Assembly (NCBI GenBank): GCA_051362555.1
Contig: CM120640.1
Coordinates: 13,454,001 to 13,518,000 of the forward strand
Reading direction: 5' to 3'
Source: Lingula anatina
Taxonomy: Eukaryota > Animalia > Brachiopoda
DNA: 64,000 bases
Below, piece by piece: positions 24,501 through 37,165 of this stretch (positions within the stretch are counted from its first letter, which is position 1; each line of letters starts with the position of its first letter). A model generated the notes under the pieces. The model saw nothing but the letters and a program-made list of their open reading frames with translations, did no database searches and was not told the origin of the DNA. Position numbers and translations under genes: made by a program.

Positions 24501-26988
24501 ATAAGCCATCCCTTTGGGTCCAAAGTCACCAGAATATCGGACTTTTGTGTCTAAATTTAATCATTTAATCTCACCCTTCATTTTTTTGCAACCCGGAAAT
24601 AATTCGACCTAACTAATACTGGCGTCCTTAGAACAGAAGGCTTTAAAAGCATATTTTTATAAGCTTGGCATGACCAGAACTACATTTAGATCATAAAATA
24701 GATGGAACGGACACAAGCAAGCATTCTTGGCCATCCCAGTGTGGTGAGTTATCCCCGTAATTAGAGCGGAGATGTGCTGATATCCCGATTCACAAAGCAT
24801 GTAATTTGGAGAGTTTAAGTAAAAGTCACGAACAATCTTTGTCTCAAACCTGTCCTGTGGAGCGCTGACGATGTACATGTAAACATCAAGTGGCGATTCA
24901 ATATAGGTGGGAAACATATAGGGAAAAACTCTCTCATTGTCAAGGTACTGTAAATGTTTTTCTCTTTTAACCTTTTTCCCTGTTTTGAATATCATGGTAG
25001 GGGTACTTGTGGTGTAATTTTCCGTCCTTTGCTTGACATTACTTCTTTTTTAAGATATCATGTGAGCTGGTAGAAAATAAGAAAGAAATATGAGATTATA
25101 CAGGGTAGTTACTCCTCCGTGTGGTCGCCATTAATAACATTCTGACCACAAACAATTGAACCCACTTTAGGGTGGCTTCTAGCGACTGAAAACATGCAAT
25201 GAAAACCTTTTTGGCTTTTTAATCCCCGGAGTGGTTCATACTGTTGTATCATTGTTATTTTTGATTTAGTATAAACAATTGTCCCTGAGAAACATGATTT
25301 ATTGTGACAAATAGGTCCATGGGACCGGGAGTATAGGCCTACCCATTGTCACAATAATAAAATAAGAACTTAAACATAGCAAGTAAAACAGTTCAGCTTT
25401 TGCAGATCAATCAATCAAATTTTCAGTTAAAGAGAAAATTGGATTGTTGCATTTCACAAGTAGGCCTGTGCTTTACTTTTAGCCCATTAAACAAGCCACC
25501 TAGATAGTTACACGGGGTACACTAAAACGAAACTTACATTTCAAGCTACTAATCAAGATTTTTGTGGCTAGCAAAAAAATAACGGGTGATCTGACTTTTT
25601 ACCAGTCGCACAAATTAAAGGCCGATCCTTCAAAGAACGGAACTGATACCTGCACAAGTCATCAAACCGCGAAAAAAAAAAAGATCACAGGACACGACGG
25701 TTGAAGCAAAGAAAATGTATATCATGTTACTTCATGTAAGCTTAAACCAGTTGACATTTTTTACAAAATATTAATGCACGTTCTTACAAAATGTAAAATG
25801 TTACATCACGCCATGCTGTTGCCGGGTGTCGTGTTTAGGCCAAACCGACACGATAAAACCTCAGCAGTGACAAAAGGGTAGGGAACCGACGATGTGACAT
25901 TAGATTCGCCACGATATTGATTTAGACCTCAACAGAGAAGAAAACGGTTTTGTGGTTTCGGTCATTTTAAGGGCATACTGAAGGGGGTTTGATATGTAGG
26001 GATTTCTTCCTTCCCGTATAATGTGGAAATAATATCATATAATGAGATAATGCTGTCATATCATATATCAGATTTATCAGGATGAATTTGCTAATTCGAA
26101 CTGATGATATAACAGCAGCGTTTTTTTAACATGGTGAAATCGAATTCAAACAGACTTCTCTCACCTGAACAGCTATCAAAGCCGTTTCATCGCCTATCTA
26201 ATCACAACAATAAGTCATACATTCCGGTGTCAGGAAATTTTCTTGAAAGGATTACTTCCGATTTTTTTCAGAAAAGAGGCAAAACAATGTCTTTGATTGA
26301 TTGAGCTTAGTTCCTAGGGGCTTATATCTCCTAAACAAAAATACAAAATAAATCTCTGTCACCGGATTGTAATTCACAGCCTTGCCAATTTCCATGATAA
26401 TATTTTACTTAGGTACAGGGGTACCTTGGAAACCAATCACTATCTTACAAAAATGACAATTAAAGATTGGCCATCCCTTGTACAGAAGCGCGGGTGGTTG
26501 TGAATAATACAACAGCAATAGAGTTTTTGTTCTAAAAGTATCAACGTTTTTGCACCATTATTAATTTAAGTATTTTACATAAAAGAAATGGGGGAAAAAG
26601 CTATTTTGCCAAATGTAGGTCTCCATAACGTATGGAACCCACTTAAACCTTGTACTGTGCAGCAACATGTTAACATTATGACAGAGGCTGCCCTGGTTTA
26701 CAGTTGAAGTGAAAAATTATGTGTTAATACAAAACTGCAAAATAAATATGCTACTTAAATGTGCTATATGATTTAATGTAAAACATAAAGTCTTGAGATA
26801 TAAGAGCAGAGAAAGGTAATCAGGTTCAGAAATTTGGTGAAACTTCCAAAATAAAAATATTGTACTGAACTTATAATTCTGATTCAGATGAGAATACTGT
26901 ATACTTCCAGCTTAATAAAACACAATTTCGATATTATTTATTGCTCCTTAATTTATTCATTTATTTATTTATTTATATTTCATGTTAG

Positions 26989-29019
26989 ATGCGGTTTATC
27001 TATATCACCGCCCTGATGGTCCTGTCTACACTAACCTATAGCTATGTCACGACACAAGCGACATCAGCCACGGAGAACTTACGCAATCTTCTCAATAAAC
27101 GGATTCCGGTGTCAAACAGATATCCGCCAACTACCACAGGGACAGAAACTGGGGAAGACCTAGTAGCCGTCTCGAGCAATTCCTGTCCGGTAACAACCTG
27201 TAGTGCTGATGGTGGTGCTCAGAAAGTCTCTGATCTGGAGGCTTTATTGCCTGGATTCTTTCAGACAAGAAGACAACTTGAGAGATACAGCAAAACCAAT
27301 GGTATCTCTCGAAGTCTGTTCAGGTCCTATGAAGAAGCCAATGAAGCGCTGAAAAGCAACACTGCCCATATCAGTAAAAGAGCCGTGCAAAGCGAGGACA
27401 CCTGTTGTCCAGCGTAAGTTGACATAATTTGAAAAGCGATATGTATTTTGGTTAATATATATAGGAGGCGGGCATAAATATTGCAACACGTAAAACCCCC
27501 TTTACACTGGACAGCGTCCATTCTGCGTCCTTTGTTCGACCATGCATCTGGCATCGCTGTGGTCGTAGAAAGGAGGCACAAGCATTGCTTTGGTTGCTGA
27601 ATGAATCCTCAATGATCGGCGAGTTGGCGACACGTAAAGTATTGCTTTTTAATCTCAAACGGGACGGGACCGTCCAGTGTAAAGGGGCCTTAAAAGTAAC
27701 AGTTGATAGTTTCCATTACTACACATTACACCATTTCAATCTTTACTGATTGAAATAGAAATCAACACTTGTTGAGATGCTTGAAAATATACATACATCT
27801 CAAAGATACATGTAATCGTCACGATAATGTCAATCTTGTTTGTTAGAAAATTTTATTACAGAATTGTAAAAGGAATAAGGATGGAGTTGCTGCAAGTAAG
27901 CGTTCACCCATACAGATAAAATAAATATCAATACAGTGTGTTTTAATATACTGTATCATGTATTCTTGCTCAAATTCTCTAAATTTTTTAATTCTTTTCA
28001 GCTATGAATTTTACTTGGCCCCGTCGACACTCGTGCTCAAAAGCGGCATTACAATATACCCGGTACAAGACGTCAGCGGCGGAAATTATCAAGTCCTCTC
28101 CATAGCACACTGCCAGTGAGTTCTTTTTTAAGCTGCCGTACATGGAGTCAGATGTGTCTTAGAATCGATATTAAACAATTCAGTAGATAGTGTAAGGGGA
28201 AATACTTATCCCCCTTGTGATGAAAATTATTTAATATAATACGATGGGTAACCTTTAAGTAAAGCCTAACCGTCTTCTTCTTCTTTTAATCTGTAAGTTG
28301 TTTTAAAATCAGTAATGCAGCTAAAGAATAGTTCAGAGTGGTGATAACCTTATACATACCTACATATATAATGTGACCGTGGCGATATATTTTTCTTCGG
28401 GTTTTCTTTTTTTTTTTGTTTTTTTTTTTTTTTTTTGTTTTTCGTTGAAATGCGAGAACTTTTGTATGTCAAATATATGCAATGTCACCCATTTTGGTAA
28501 ACGCCTTGACCACATTTCGCTGACGCTCGAGGTGTTATGGCATATATCGCTCGGGTGACAGTGTATTTTCTCACACGTAACTGTGGATGATCTAGTTTGA
28601 TAAATATTTCTGAATCATTATTGAGTTTGGCCAGATCATAACTGTCTGTTTCAAATCATTTGTGCTTTTGAAAAATTCCTTTTGAAAACCTCCTAATGTA
28701 AAGTGTAAACTACAATAAAACGATATTATAACTGTATCTATGACTGCTTAGGAGGAGATAAGGTCACTCAAAATCATTCTACCTCAGTGTTATTTTTCCA
28801 ATCTACACAACAGTGTTTTAAAATGAATTTCCATTTGATAAATCATCTCTATTATTTTACTCTAGCAACGAGCCTGGGGGTTGCAGCGGCACGTGCCAGA
28901 ATACCACCTCCACCCAGCCTCTCCTCGTGCACTGTGTCTGGCCAGTGGTGTGTCAGAGTGGATGCAGCACTACGTTCTATCACGCGGAACTCGACTCCGG
29001 GTGCATATGTGTAGAGTGA
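26989..29019 (+). CDS. Secreted Spaetzle-like cystine-knot precursor, paralog A (~230 aa, 3 coding exons)
   Basis: Exons 26989-27413, 28002-28115, 28866-29019; both introns phase 2, GT-AG. Signal peptide MRFIYITALMVLSTLTYS; prodomain ends ISKR; mature AVQSEDTCCPAYEFYLAPSTLVLKSGITIYPVQDVSGGNYQVLSIAHCHNEPGGCSGTCQNTTSTQPLLVHCVWPVVCQSGCSTTFYHAELDSGCICVE* with terminal CxC. The gene model is solid; the family name is motif-based. Confidence 0.85.
27494..27689. mobile_element. MITE (Harbinger-like), same family as 58125-58338
   Basis: TIRs CCCCTTTACACTGGAC / GTCCAGTGTAAAGGGG; internal GGCATCGCTGTGGTCGTAGAAAGGAG shared in reverse orientation with the second copy. Confidence 0.85.
28430..28620 (+). 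repeat. Dispersed repeat fragment, similar to 31330-31520
   Basis: Shared TTTTTCGkTGAAATGyGAG...ATGTCAAATA and TGACGCTCG...TGGCrTATrTCGCT..GGTGACAGTGTATT. Confidence 0.7.
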
Positions 29020-30500
29020 TGACAGGGTCAAACATTATTTTAACACTAGACGCCGACAGAAAAATATTTTTTCTATCGCAGGTAGATCGCTTGGACAGGC
29101 ACGCGGCACGTTTAATCAAGCATATATTTTTTGACGACGTTGTTTGAACTTCTTTATGTACTGACAAAACGTTACCTTTATGGCTCCTCACACAAGTCTT
29201 TAATTCTTCGTTTATTTCTGCTTCCTCATAGAAGATTTGGCAAATATTAAGAGGAGTGTGTGAAGAGATTGTCCTTGTTATTGACGACGTCAGTTTAGCT
29301 GAAATCTCACAGAATGGTTGAAAAAATAATAAAATATTCTTGAATTGTCTTTTATGATTAAGTTCTTCCTCTCTTTGTAAGTACTGCATTTATAGTGACA
29401 TTAAAAATGTCTAATCCCTGTTTTGTTTTTTAATAACAGATCATACACATTGTGAATATTCAGCACACAGAGTAGGAGATATCCTAATTAAAGTTCAATG
29501 GTTTGTTTCCAGTTATTATTGATTCATGCTCCTGAATATTTGATTTTATCTTGCTTGTATTTGTTCGACAAAAATCAACTGAACAGAATTAAATTGACTT
29601 GTATGAACTATTCGTTTTCTCTTTATTTCATTAGATGATCATCGATGACAATAAATTTACTGCATTAACTGATCGCTCCAGTTTATCGTTGCCTATTTAT
29701 TTATTGATTTATTCGTATCTTCCTATGGTGGTATGGAGATGGTAGTCAGACGAGAGATAATGAACAATGAAACTGTCTCTGCTTCAATCGCGCACACAAT
29801 CACGCAAGGCTTGCTCAGTTTCGGCTAGGGTAGTGGTAGTGGTTGGTAATGACTAGATATGTAGGCACTCAGATTCACTGAAAATTTATTGTTCCAAATT
29901 CCAAAGCAGAGGCTTTCTGGGAATTTTGTACTCAATGATTGGAGCTGCGTGTTATCTGCATCTGCGTGTTAACGTGTTAAATCACACCATTGAAATAATT
30001 GTTATCGGAAGTAACACTACACTGTATGTGGCAAAATATGTTATCCGGCTGTCTGAGCTCTGAAAATTGTCAGCATTGTAAAGAGCCCCAAAATGCACTT
30101 CAAATCAAATGACATTTAATTTTTTTCGACAGTGAATAACATGACAATAAGTTCAGAATGTGTCTCGCGCGTAAAAATCAAAGGGAAACGTATTATCGAT
30201 TGTCTCTTTGTCTTGATTAATGTTACCAACATCTCACACTTTTAATGAGACAACCATTGCTTTCTGCTCTCTTCCTAATGCTGAGGGTGTTCTTAGAGCA
30301 ATGAAACGGAACACTATACATCACCGTACTTGTTTTAACGCCAAACAGATTTAATGTATAAAGACCATTTGTCTGTCTGTCTGTCTGCCTGTTTGTCTTC
30401 ACATGCACATAGTCTGTTGTCATGTTATATGTAGGACGCCTATTTGTCCGAGCTGGCCCGCTGACTGAATATCTGTGTGGACAAAAAGAAATTCGGTCTT

Positions 30501-30690
30501 CTTTACCTCCGCCAAGGATATATGTTTTTCATCCATTTGTCTGTCTTTCTGTCTGTCTACTTGTTCTTCACCAGCTTACAAAAAAAAGTCATAGATGGAT
30601 TTTGATGAAATTTTCAGGATAGGTCTCAGATGCAGAAACTTTTAAGTTTTAAAAAAGTGAATACATTTTGGTGGTGATCCGTATCACCAT
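30501..30690 (+). mobile_element. 5' fragment of a non-autonomous Helentron/Helitron-type repeat
   Basis: TTTACCTCCGCCAAGGA..TATGTTTT start, (GTCT)n microsatellite, GGATTTTGATGAAATTTTCAGG, typical of this repeat class. A matching CCTTGGCGGA end motif occurs at ~58847. Confidence 0.6.
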
Positions 30691-31329
30691 CCTTCCTATT
30701 TATATCAGTAAAACGCGACATTGCACAGTTCCCGTCTGCGTGTTTTTTCTCTATCCGTCCTGTAACATATGGACTATGACCTCCAGCCCTCTGACTTCTC
30801 ATGGATATTGAATACTCAGTCGAGATTGATGCAACGTGCGTTACTTTTAAAAATTTATAATCTGCACATATCGACTAAAGAATAATTTGCTAGTTTTGAT
30901 GATTATGTGATTTTGGTATGGCGAGAGCGGTAGTTATCATATTCTTGCTGCGGTTTTGATGGTACGAAAACACAATCATTAAAGTGGGGAAAGTAAAGTG
31001 CCAATCTTTCCCATTTGCAACTTCCGCCCACTGCAATAGGTCAACATGACCGTACTTAACCTTTTCTCTGCCCACAGACTGCGCTGGTTGTCTGTTACAA
31101 AATGATTGTATGGGACTCTGTGCTGAGCCAGTGTTTAAGGGGCGGCCATGGACGGGGTAGTTACATAACACCAGGCAGTCAAATGGATGTTTTCAACATG
31201 AGCTTATTATTTAATTTTGCGTAATATTTTAGAAGCCCCTGATATCAGATGGTATACTTGTATGCCACTTATGCATCAATTAAATACATACCAAGAGATG
31301 TTATTATACACGGTCTATTCTTTTTAGGT

Positions 31330-31520
31330 GTTTTTTTCGGTGAAATGTGAGTACTTTCTGTCGGTGGACATGTCAAATAATACACTGTTTCGCGATTTAT
31401 GACTTGAACATATATCATTGACGCTCGCAGCATTCTGGCGTATGTCGCTGAGGTGACAGTGTATTATCTGAAACATAGCTTGACTCTTTATCTACGAGCT
31501 GACAAATTAATAATGAATAA
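31330..31520 (+). repeat. Dispersed repeat fragment, similar to 28430-28620
   Basis: Shares the same blocks as the partner copy at 28430-28620. Confidence 0.7.
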
Positions 31521-32400
31521 TAATGAGATGCGAGTTGCCTTGGTCTCTGAGAGGTTCTTATAGTTGGTTTTTAAAAGGACCAATTGTTTAATCATTGTTC
31601 AAGAAAGAGAAGGGCTCATACAAGTTGGCATGGACTCTGTCCCTAAGCTTCTTGCTCCATCTAACATCTTTCCGAATTGGAAAGAGATTACAAAATATTA
31701 AAGTAGAACTCGAAGTCCAATCACGATAAAACTAGGATGTTTTAAAGGTTAATTGCCAAGGAACGTGTAGATCAAAACACATTCCAAAGACTCCCAGAAT
31801 CCCAGTGAGGGGGATTTTAACAATTTGGTGTTTTGCGGGTCATCTTCAACAGGATATTGAGAAATATTTCGTAGTCCTTCCCCAGCTATACCATGTCCTG
31901 AGGATATGGTTTAAACTTCTCCAAGGGCTGAAAACCTTGAAAGCAACAATTACATTTTACCCCCTAAACGCTATTAAAACGTTAACCTCGAGGTCGTTCA
32001 ACAGGAAAGTTCTATCTATGAACCTTCAATTATTTCTATGTATTAGCAATTTTGCACCATTCTTCGCCCCCAGACTGCTCTCAATGCGCCTCTAAAGTAA
32101 TAAATATCATATCTTTCAATTTATCAGAGATGATTGTGGAAATGAACCTATGATATAAGACATAAAACGGCACTTTAACGTGATTCTAGGAAAACCCTGG
32201 AAATAATGGCAGTATTTTTTTCGTGTCTTGTGAAAAATAGTGTTTATCACCGGATATTCCCTCATCTCAAAATGGCAAAAGAAAATCGCAGAGATTTGCA
32301 CTAGGTCGTAAATGACATAAGTGAAATATTTCCATGGCAACGACACTTTCTCACAATCGCCGCCTCATTATCAGGCTGCACGCTACGGACTGCAGACTCA

Positions 32401-32406
32401 TATAAA
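32401..32406 (+). promoter_or_regulatory. Candidate TATA box of the retinochrome gene
   Basis: TATAAA 39 nt upstream of the ATG at 32440. Confidence 0.5.
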
Positions 32407-32439
32407 CGGCCGCAAAAGCCAATAACATAGACAGTAACG

Positions 32440-32858
32440 ATGCCGGGGCTCTGGGAACTGACTGGCTTGGAGCGAGGTATTCTAGGCTGCCTGTACGTTA
32501 TTGCAGGTGAGTAACAATCTTATGAAAATGATGTAGTTGAATGGTTTTGCACTATTCGTGTTTTCTGCAAAAACACCGCGGCGAAGATTACCGCCTAGAT
32601 CAAAAGGTTTGACGCCAATTGCATTATACCTGCATTCTACCTATCTATATGTTAACTTAGGGGAACCAACTGACAGGACTGTATCCAGTTATTGGAACGA
32701 TGCTGATGGATGCATTAAAGCGAAGCTTAACCTCTTACACGTTACATTGTGATCTAGTAACTGTACGAAATACCACCGCAGGCCTTCAGATCTTATTTGA
32801 TCGTATAGTCTAGAGCAAACACTGAAGTTGAGAATGCGTTTTTATCAGTGTGTCAATA

Positions 32859-32889
<31 letters not shown>

Positions 32890-35800
32890 TGTGTGTGCGT
32901 ACGCGTGTGTGTATGCTGGTGTGTTTGAACTGAATGTGCGTCAATTAATAATTATAAATATAGGAATCTGATTTCATATTCCATATATAAAAACGAACCA
33001 CAGTATAATTGAATAACACAGTGGCTGTTTCAATCTGGTTCTGAATCATGCAAGAGACGATACGACTGGCGGAGCTGATTTCAAATCTTGTTTGCCTGAT
33101 TAAGATTCCTCGGATTGAATGACACCTTTTACATAAAGTGCGGAGTGATGATTAATTGCTTTATCTTGTACACTGTATATGCTTTGGAGCTACTCACATT
33201 TTCTATTCTCAGGTATTTTTGGGACTACTGGGAATCTCTTGACTCTCGTGACATGGGGCCGGGGACTCCAGGAATTGGGATGCCGTGCCTGGTTGCACAT
33301 GAATTTTGCTCTGTCCAACATACTTATTGTTGTCGTATTTTTCTTTCCGGCTTCATCTGCATTCGCTGGAAGGTAAGATTTTATTTTTATAAAAATTATA
33401 ATAAGACATTTAAAGGTTATATTATCCCATTTTTTTCTTCAAGTGGCAGTTTCAGGAGATCGAAAGAGTATCATATTACTTCTTATCTCGCACTGAGCGA
33501 CGCACTTTCGTCAAACGGAATCAATTTAGCATTCAAAGTGTTTCTCTGAGGAAATTAGAAACAGCACCTGATTGTCAGAATGCCACTTGTTGTGTATGTG
33601 ATTGACCGCTTTGAATGCATAGCCCCCAGGTGCCTGCGCTGTTCTGCTGCAAAACACCTTCCATACTTCTCAAAACCTCTCAAAACCGGAGGATAAAAGG
33701 TTTGGGTTCTTTCCTTACTGCATGTCTGTGCTCTTATGCCAAGTTTATGGTACCAAGGAGCCGTTATTTTACGTAATGTGCAGTAAACCTTTCTGATTAA
33801 TATTAACTATTACGATGAATGATAGAATTCGGGAATGAAACTATAACTGTTTAAGGATTACAAGATTGAAATACAGGTGGATAAAAGGTGGATAATAACT
33901 TCAGATTTTAATATTATAAAAATCAAAAAATTCTACTACATGTCAGTGCCTCTGCCACTTGAAGTTGGCCTATTTGTCGTTTATTAAGTGGTGAGTTTCA
34001 CGTAATTTATATTTATATATTTATTTATTTATTTATTTATTTATTTATTGGCGGAATAATTTAAGAATATATTTTTGTGTAGTGAAGCCACTTAAATAGC
34101 ATTTTAAGTGTATTACCCAGTATATTACAGTCCGCCTGAAATGAATGCACGGTTAGATACACGGCGGTCCACGAACAAGGCGAAGTGACCTTTAGCCTAA
34201 CCCGGTTACGCTGTACAGTATGCTATTTGTACGTTACTGTATAGGAACTATATAAATAACTGATTGCTTACACTTATCGTATAAAGCTAAGTAACTCTTT
34301 TCTTTGGCCAGGCATATCTATCAAATCAACAATCCTGGTGGTTTCAATCCTTCCATTTACATGGCTAAAACTCAAATTTTACAGTTTTTATAAAATGAAA
34401 ATCTAATCGCCTGATCATATTTCAAAGATTGACGTTGATACACATTAATCAGCTTATTTTATTTTTGATTTTATGTACATCCTGTATAAATTTATTTTCT
34501 AAATTTTCAGCATTGAAATGACTTAAAAGCAGTTTTGTTACTTGAAGGTTATCTAGAATTTGGAAAATCGGTTGTCTAATCCTGTCGCAACCGTTCCTTT
34601 TCGACAAAAAATTCTGCCGAGATAGACACTCTCTGCCTTGAGGAGCTGTTTTAGGCCATCTTTCTGAAATCTAAAGATCTTCTTACAAATATTGTTTATA
34701 TCTATAATCAAATTCAACACTTGATGCTCTAACTATTTATAATATTTCTCCTCCTATAACTTTCATATCTGTGTTTGACGACATTTTGGTTTATGGGTTA
34801 CTTACATGACCACATTTGCATACAAATGCAAATACGTTTTGGGGGCCACAATTTGTTGTTTTTATTTTCAGCATTAAGAGGCCATGTGGATAAAAATGTA
34901 TCTAAATAGCGAATCAAAATTTTGTAATGAAAAAAAGTTTTTTACTAGATGGCTGTATGGTGAGGTTGCCTGCCAGTCGTACGGGTTTGAAGGCATGATC
35001 GCTGGCATGGGCCAAATAGGAGCTTTGACGGCCCTAGCATGGGGACAGGCAAATGGTAAGTTCTTTCCATTGCTCTTGTTAATCTCGTTTTATCCTTGCA
35101 AATGTAAGTCAGAACTGGCTTATGGTTTAGGAAGCCTGTTCTTAACAGGAAATCCTATTTGATTTCCCAATTGCCGGTAGACGTTTGCTTATGACATTTT
35201 TTTTCTCATGATAATTTTCTGAGTAGTTATGCCACACTTTCATTCTCTAACTTCAGTTGATGCTGATGCCGACTCTCGTAAGAGATCCATCTTATTTGGC
35301 TGGCTCTTTGCATCTGTGTGGGCAATTGGTCCTTTGATTGGATGGAGCAGGTAAAGACGGTTTTTGCTTTAAAGGTTTTTTTCAACATTTAAAAGCCGCA
35401 GACCACACTAAACCCATATCATCCACAATAACCATTTATCCCACCGCATGGAAAACCACACACGATGATTGCTATTGTGAATACTTCTTATTTACCTTGC
35501 AGCTATGGCATAGAAGCAGGTGGTGTTTCTTGCACTTTTAACTGGCAGGTGGTAAATGTGTCTTATGTCACCTATGCCGTGATGATTTGGGCATTTGGCT
35601 TTGTCATTCCCTACTTCTTGTCCATCAACTGGGTCAAGAGCACTGCTTGTATCCCAAAGCAAAAACTTGATCCCAAAGATTGGTCCAATTACCCGGAGAT
35701 AAACACGGTAAGTGGGGGGTCACCGTGCGGGCCGGCAAAGTATTGGTATTTATGCAATTTGCGCGACGAAGAAGGCTGAAGTTTTTAATTATATTTACAT

Positions 35801-36191
35801 TTATATACTATAGCTTAATAGTTTAGATTTCATATTATATCATTCTTCGTATTCTGGACTCGTACAAAAATTAGCTTATGCTAATAAAGTCCTCCTATTT
35901 ACCCATTTCTTCCTTTCACTTTCTATGAATCTCTTGTAGGTAATTGGTTGGTGTATATTCGTGTCAATCATTGCTTGGATTCCATACGGTCTGGCGGCAG
36001 CCTGGCCATTGTTTGCCAGCATTGAGACCGTGCCGAAAATAGTTGGGGTCTATGCTCCCGTGTCGGCCAAGCTGGGAACCTGTTTCTATCCGTGGATCCA
36101 TATTTGGCACAGTGCTCGCTTCCGCCAAACGGTGTCAAGCCTCCTGTTTGGAACCACTAGTAGCGCCACCACCGCGGAAAAAGAAAATTAA
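32440..36191 (+). CDS. Retinochrome-type opsin (RGR/peropsin/retinochrome photoisomerase group), 6 exons, ~294 aa
   Basis: Exons 32440-32506 (MPGLWELTGLERGILGCLYVIA), 33213-33372 (GTTGNLL...PASSAFAGR), 34949-35055 (WLYGEVACQSYGFEG), 35257-35350 (WAIGPLIGW), 35503-35707 (YGIEAGGVSCTFNW), 35940-36191 (IAWIPYG...APVSAKLGTCFYPWIH). Seven TM segments, Schiff-base Lys (K296 equivalent) and E181-equivalent counterion. The very short N-terminus resembles squid retinochrome as recalled. Confidence 0.9.
32858..32912. repeat. (GT)n microsatellite
   Basis: Direct reading. Confidence 0.9.
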
Positions 36192-36889
36192 TCGAAAATT
36201 CAAAGTGCATTAGATACGTCGTTTTTTAAGAGACGACCACGTTTATTTTATTTTTTATGTGCGTGTCTTTCTAATTCAGCAGTTGTTGTAAATCGGAAAA
36301 TCCCAATCATTTAGGACACAAAATTTTGTTATATCTTATCTTTAGTCAGTGTACTTTGAATTCTGCATTTGTATACGGAAGAATTTGCGAAATGTGCCGT
36401 CATATTCTTTATTTCAAGTGTTCTTTAAGTATTTATAGTTTTCGTCTCAGGTACATTCTTATATTTGACCAACGTGGTAATGAGATACACACTGAGGAGT
36501 GATACATCGTGCGACGAGGCATGTCTTACCATCACAGTAACAGAACATTCAGCCTTTATTGCCACCAAGTGCAGATGTGAGAGGTTTTTAAACAACAGGA
36601 AGGTTATACCGATTACCTGATAATGCCACAAAACATTGTACTCATGGTGATTTGTAAAATGATGCCTTATATATGCTTTTCATGCCTTTTTATTATGTAA
36701 TTGATGTCACTGCCTTACACTAGTATTATATTTAACGTAGTTCGAACTTTTATTTATAGTTTTGTAAGCGAAAAGCACATGTATCTCAATTGATGCCCGT
36801 CCATTGTGTATCAAGTGTAGCAAAAGCCTTTATTGAACTTTTTTTTTCTTTTTTGAGTTAGCCTCACTTATAGCTTTTATTTATTATTG

Positions 36890-37165
36890 GGGACCACCTG
36901 ATCGTTGAATCCCATGGCAGCATACGGGGATCACCTGTTGACTGAGTGAGCCTTTCGCATTCAATCACACCCAAACTGATTTTTTTCCAAATAAAAGGAA
37001 GGAGTTATACTGTATAACTCTTTGATAAAGGTCACGCGCCTTTTGGACTGTCCGCTACAGATGGTTCGTGCAAATTTGGTGCAGTGCATGTTGTTGAACG
37101 GACTCGAACCCAGTGAGATATTAGGAGACATTAGTTGATGCTATAACGGCCATCTAAGCAGGAAA
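36890..37165 (-). mobile_element. Possible decayed tRNA-derived SINE
   Basis: Pol III B-box GGTTCGAGTCC on - at 37100-37110; weak A-box-like TAGATGGCCGTTA upstream; no full cloverleaf. Confidence 0.3.

Noticed and set aside
23870-25340. Possible 1.5-kb TIR element (TACCGGGTCCATG / CATGGGACCGGGA)
   Set aside because: Inverted match is short and imperfect, with no TSD and no transposase motif recognised.
27327-27658. ORFs resembling 58200-58412 as a small gene family
   Set aside because: The similarity comes from the shared MITE.
28881-29389. ORFs 28881-29147 (+) and 28970-29389 (-)
   Set aside because: Off-frame or antisense to the last exon and 3' UTR of paralog A; no recognisable motifs.
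33115-33549. 144-aa ORF as a separate membrane protein
   Set aside because: Alternative frame over retinochrome exon 2 plus intron sequence.
37095-37160. tRNA gene
   Set aside because: Only a B-box is clear; no acceptor or anticodon stems could be built.
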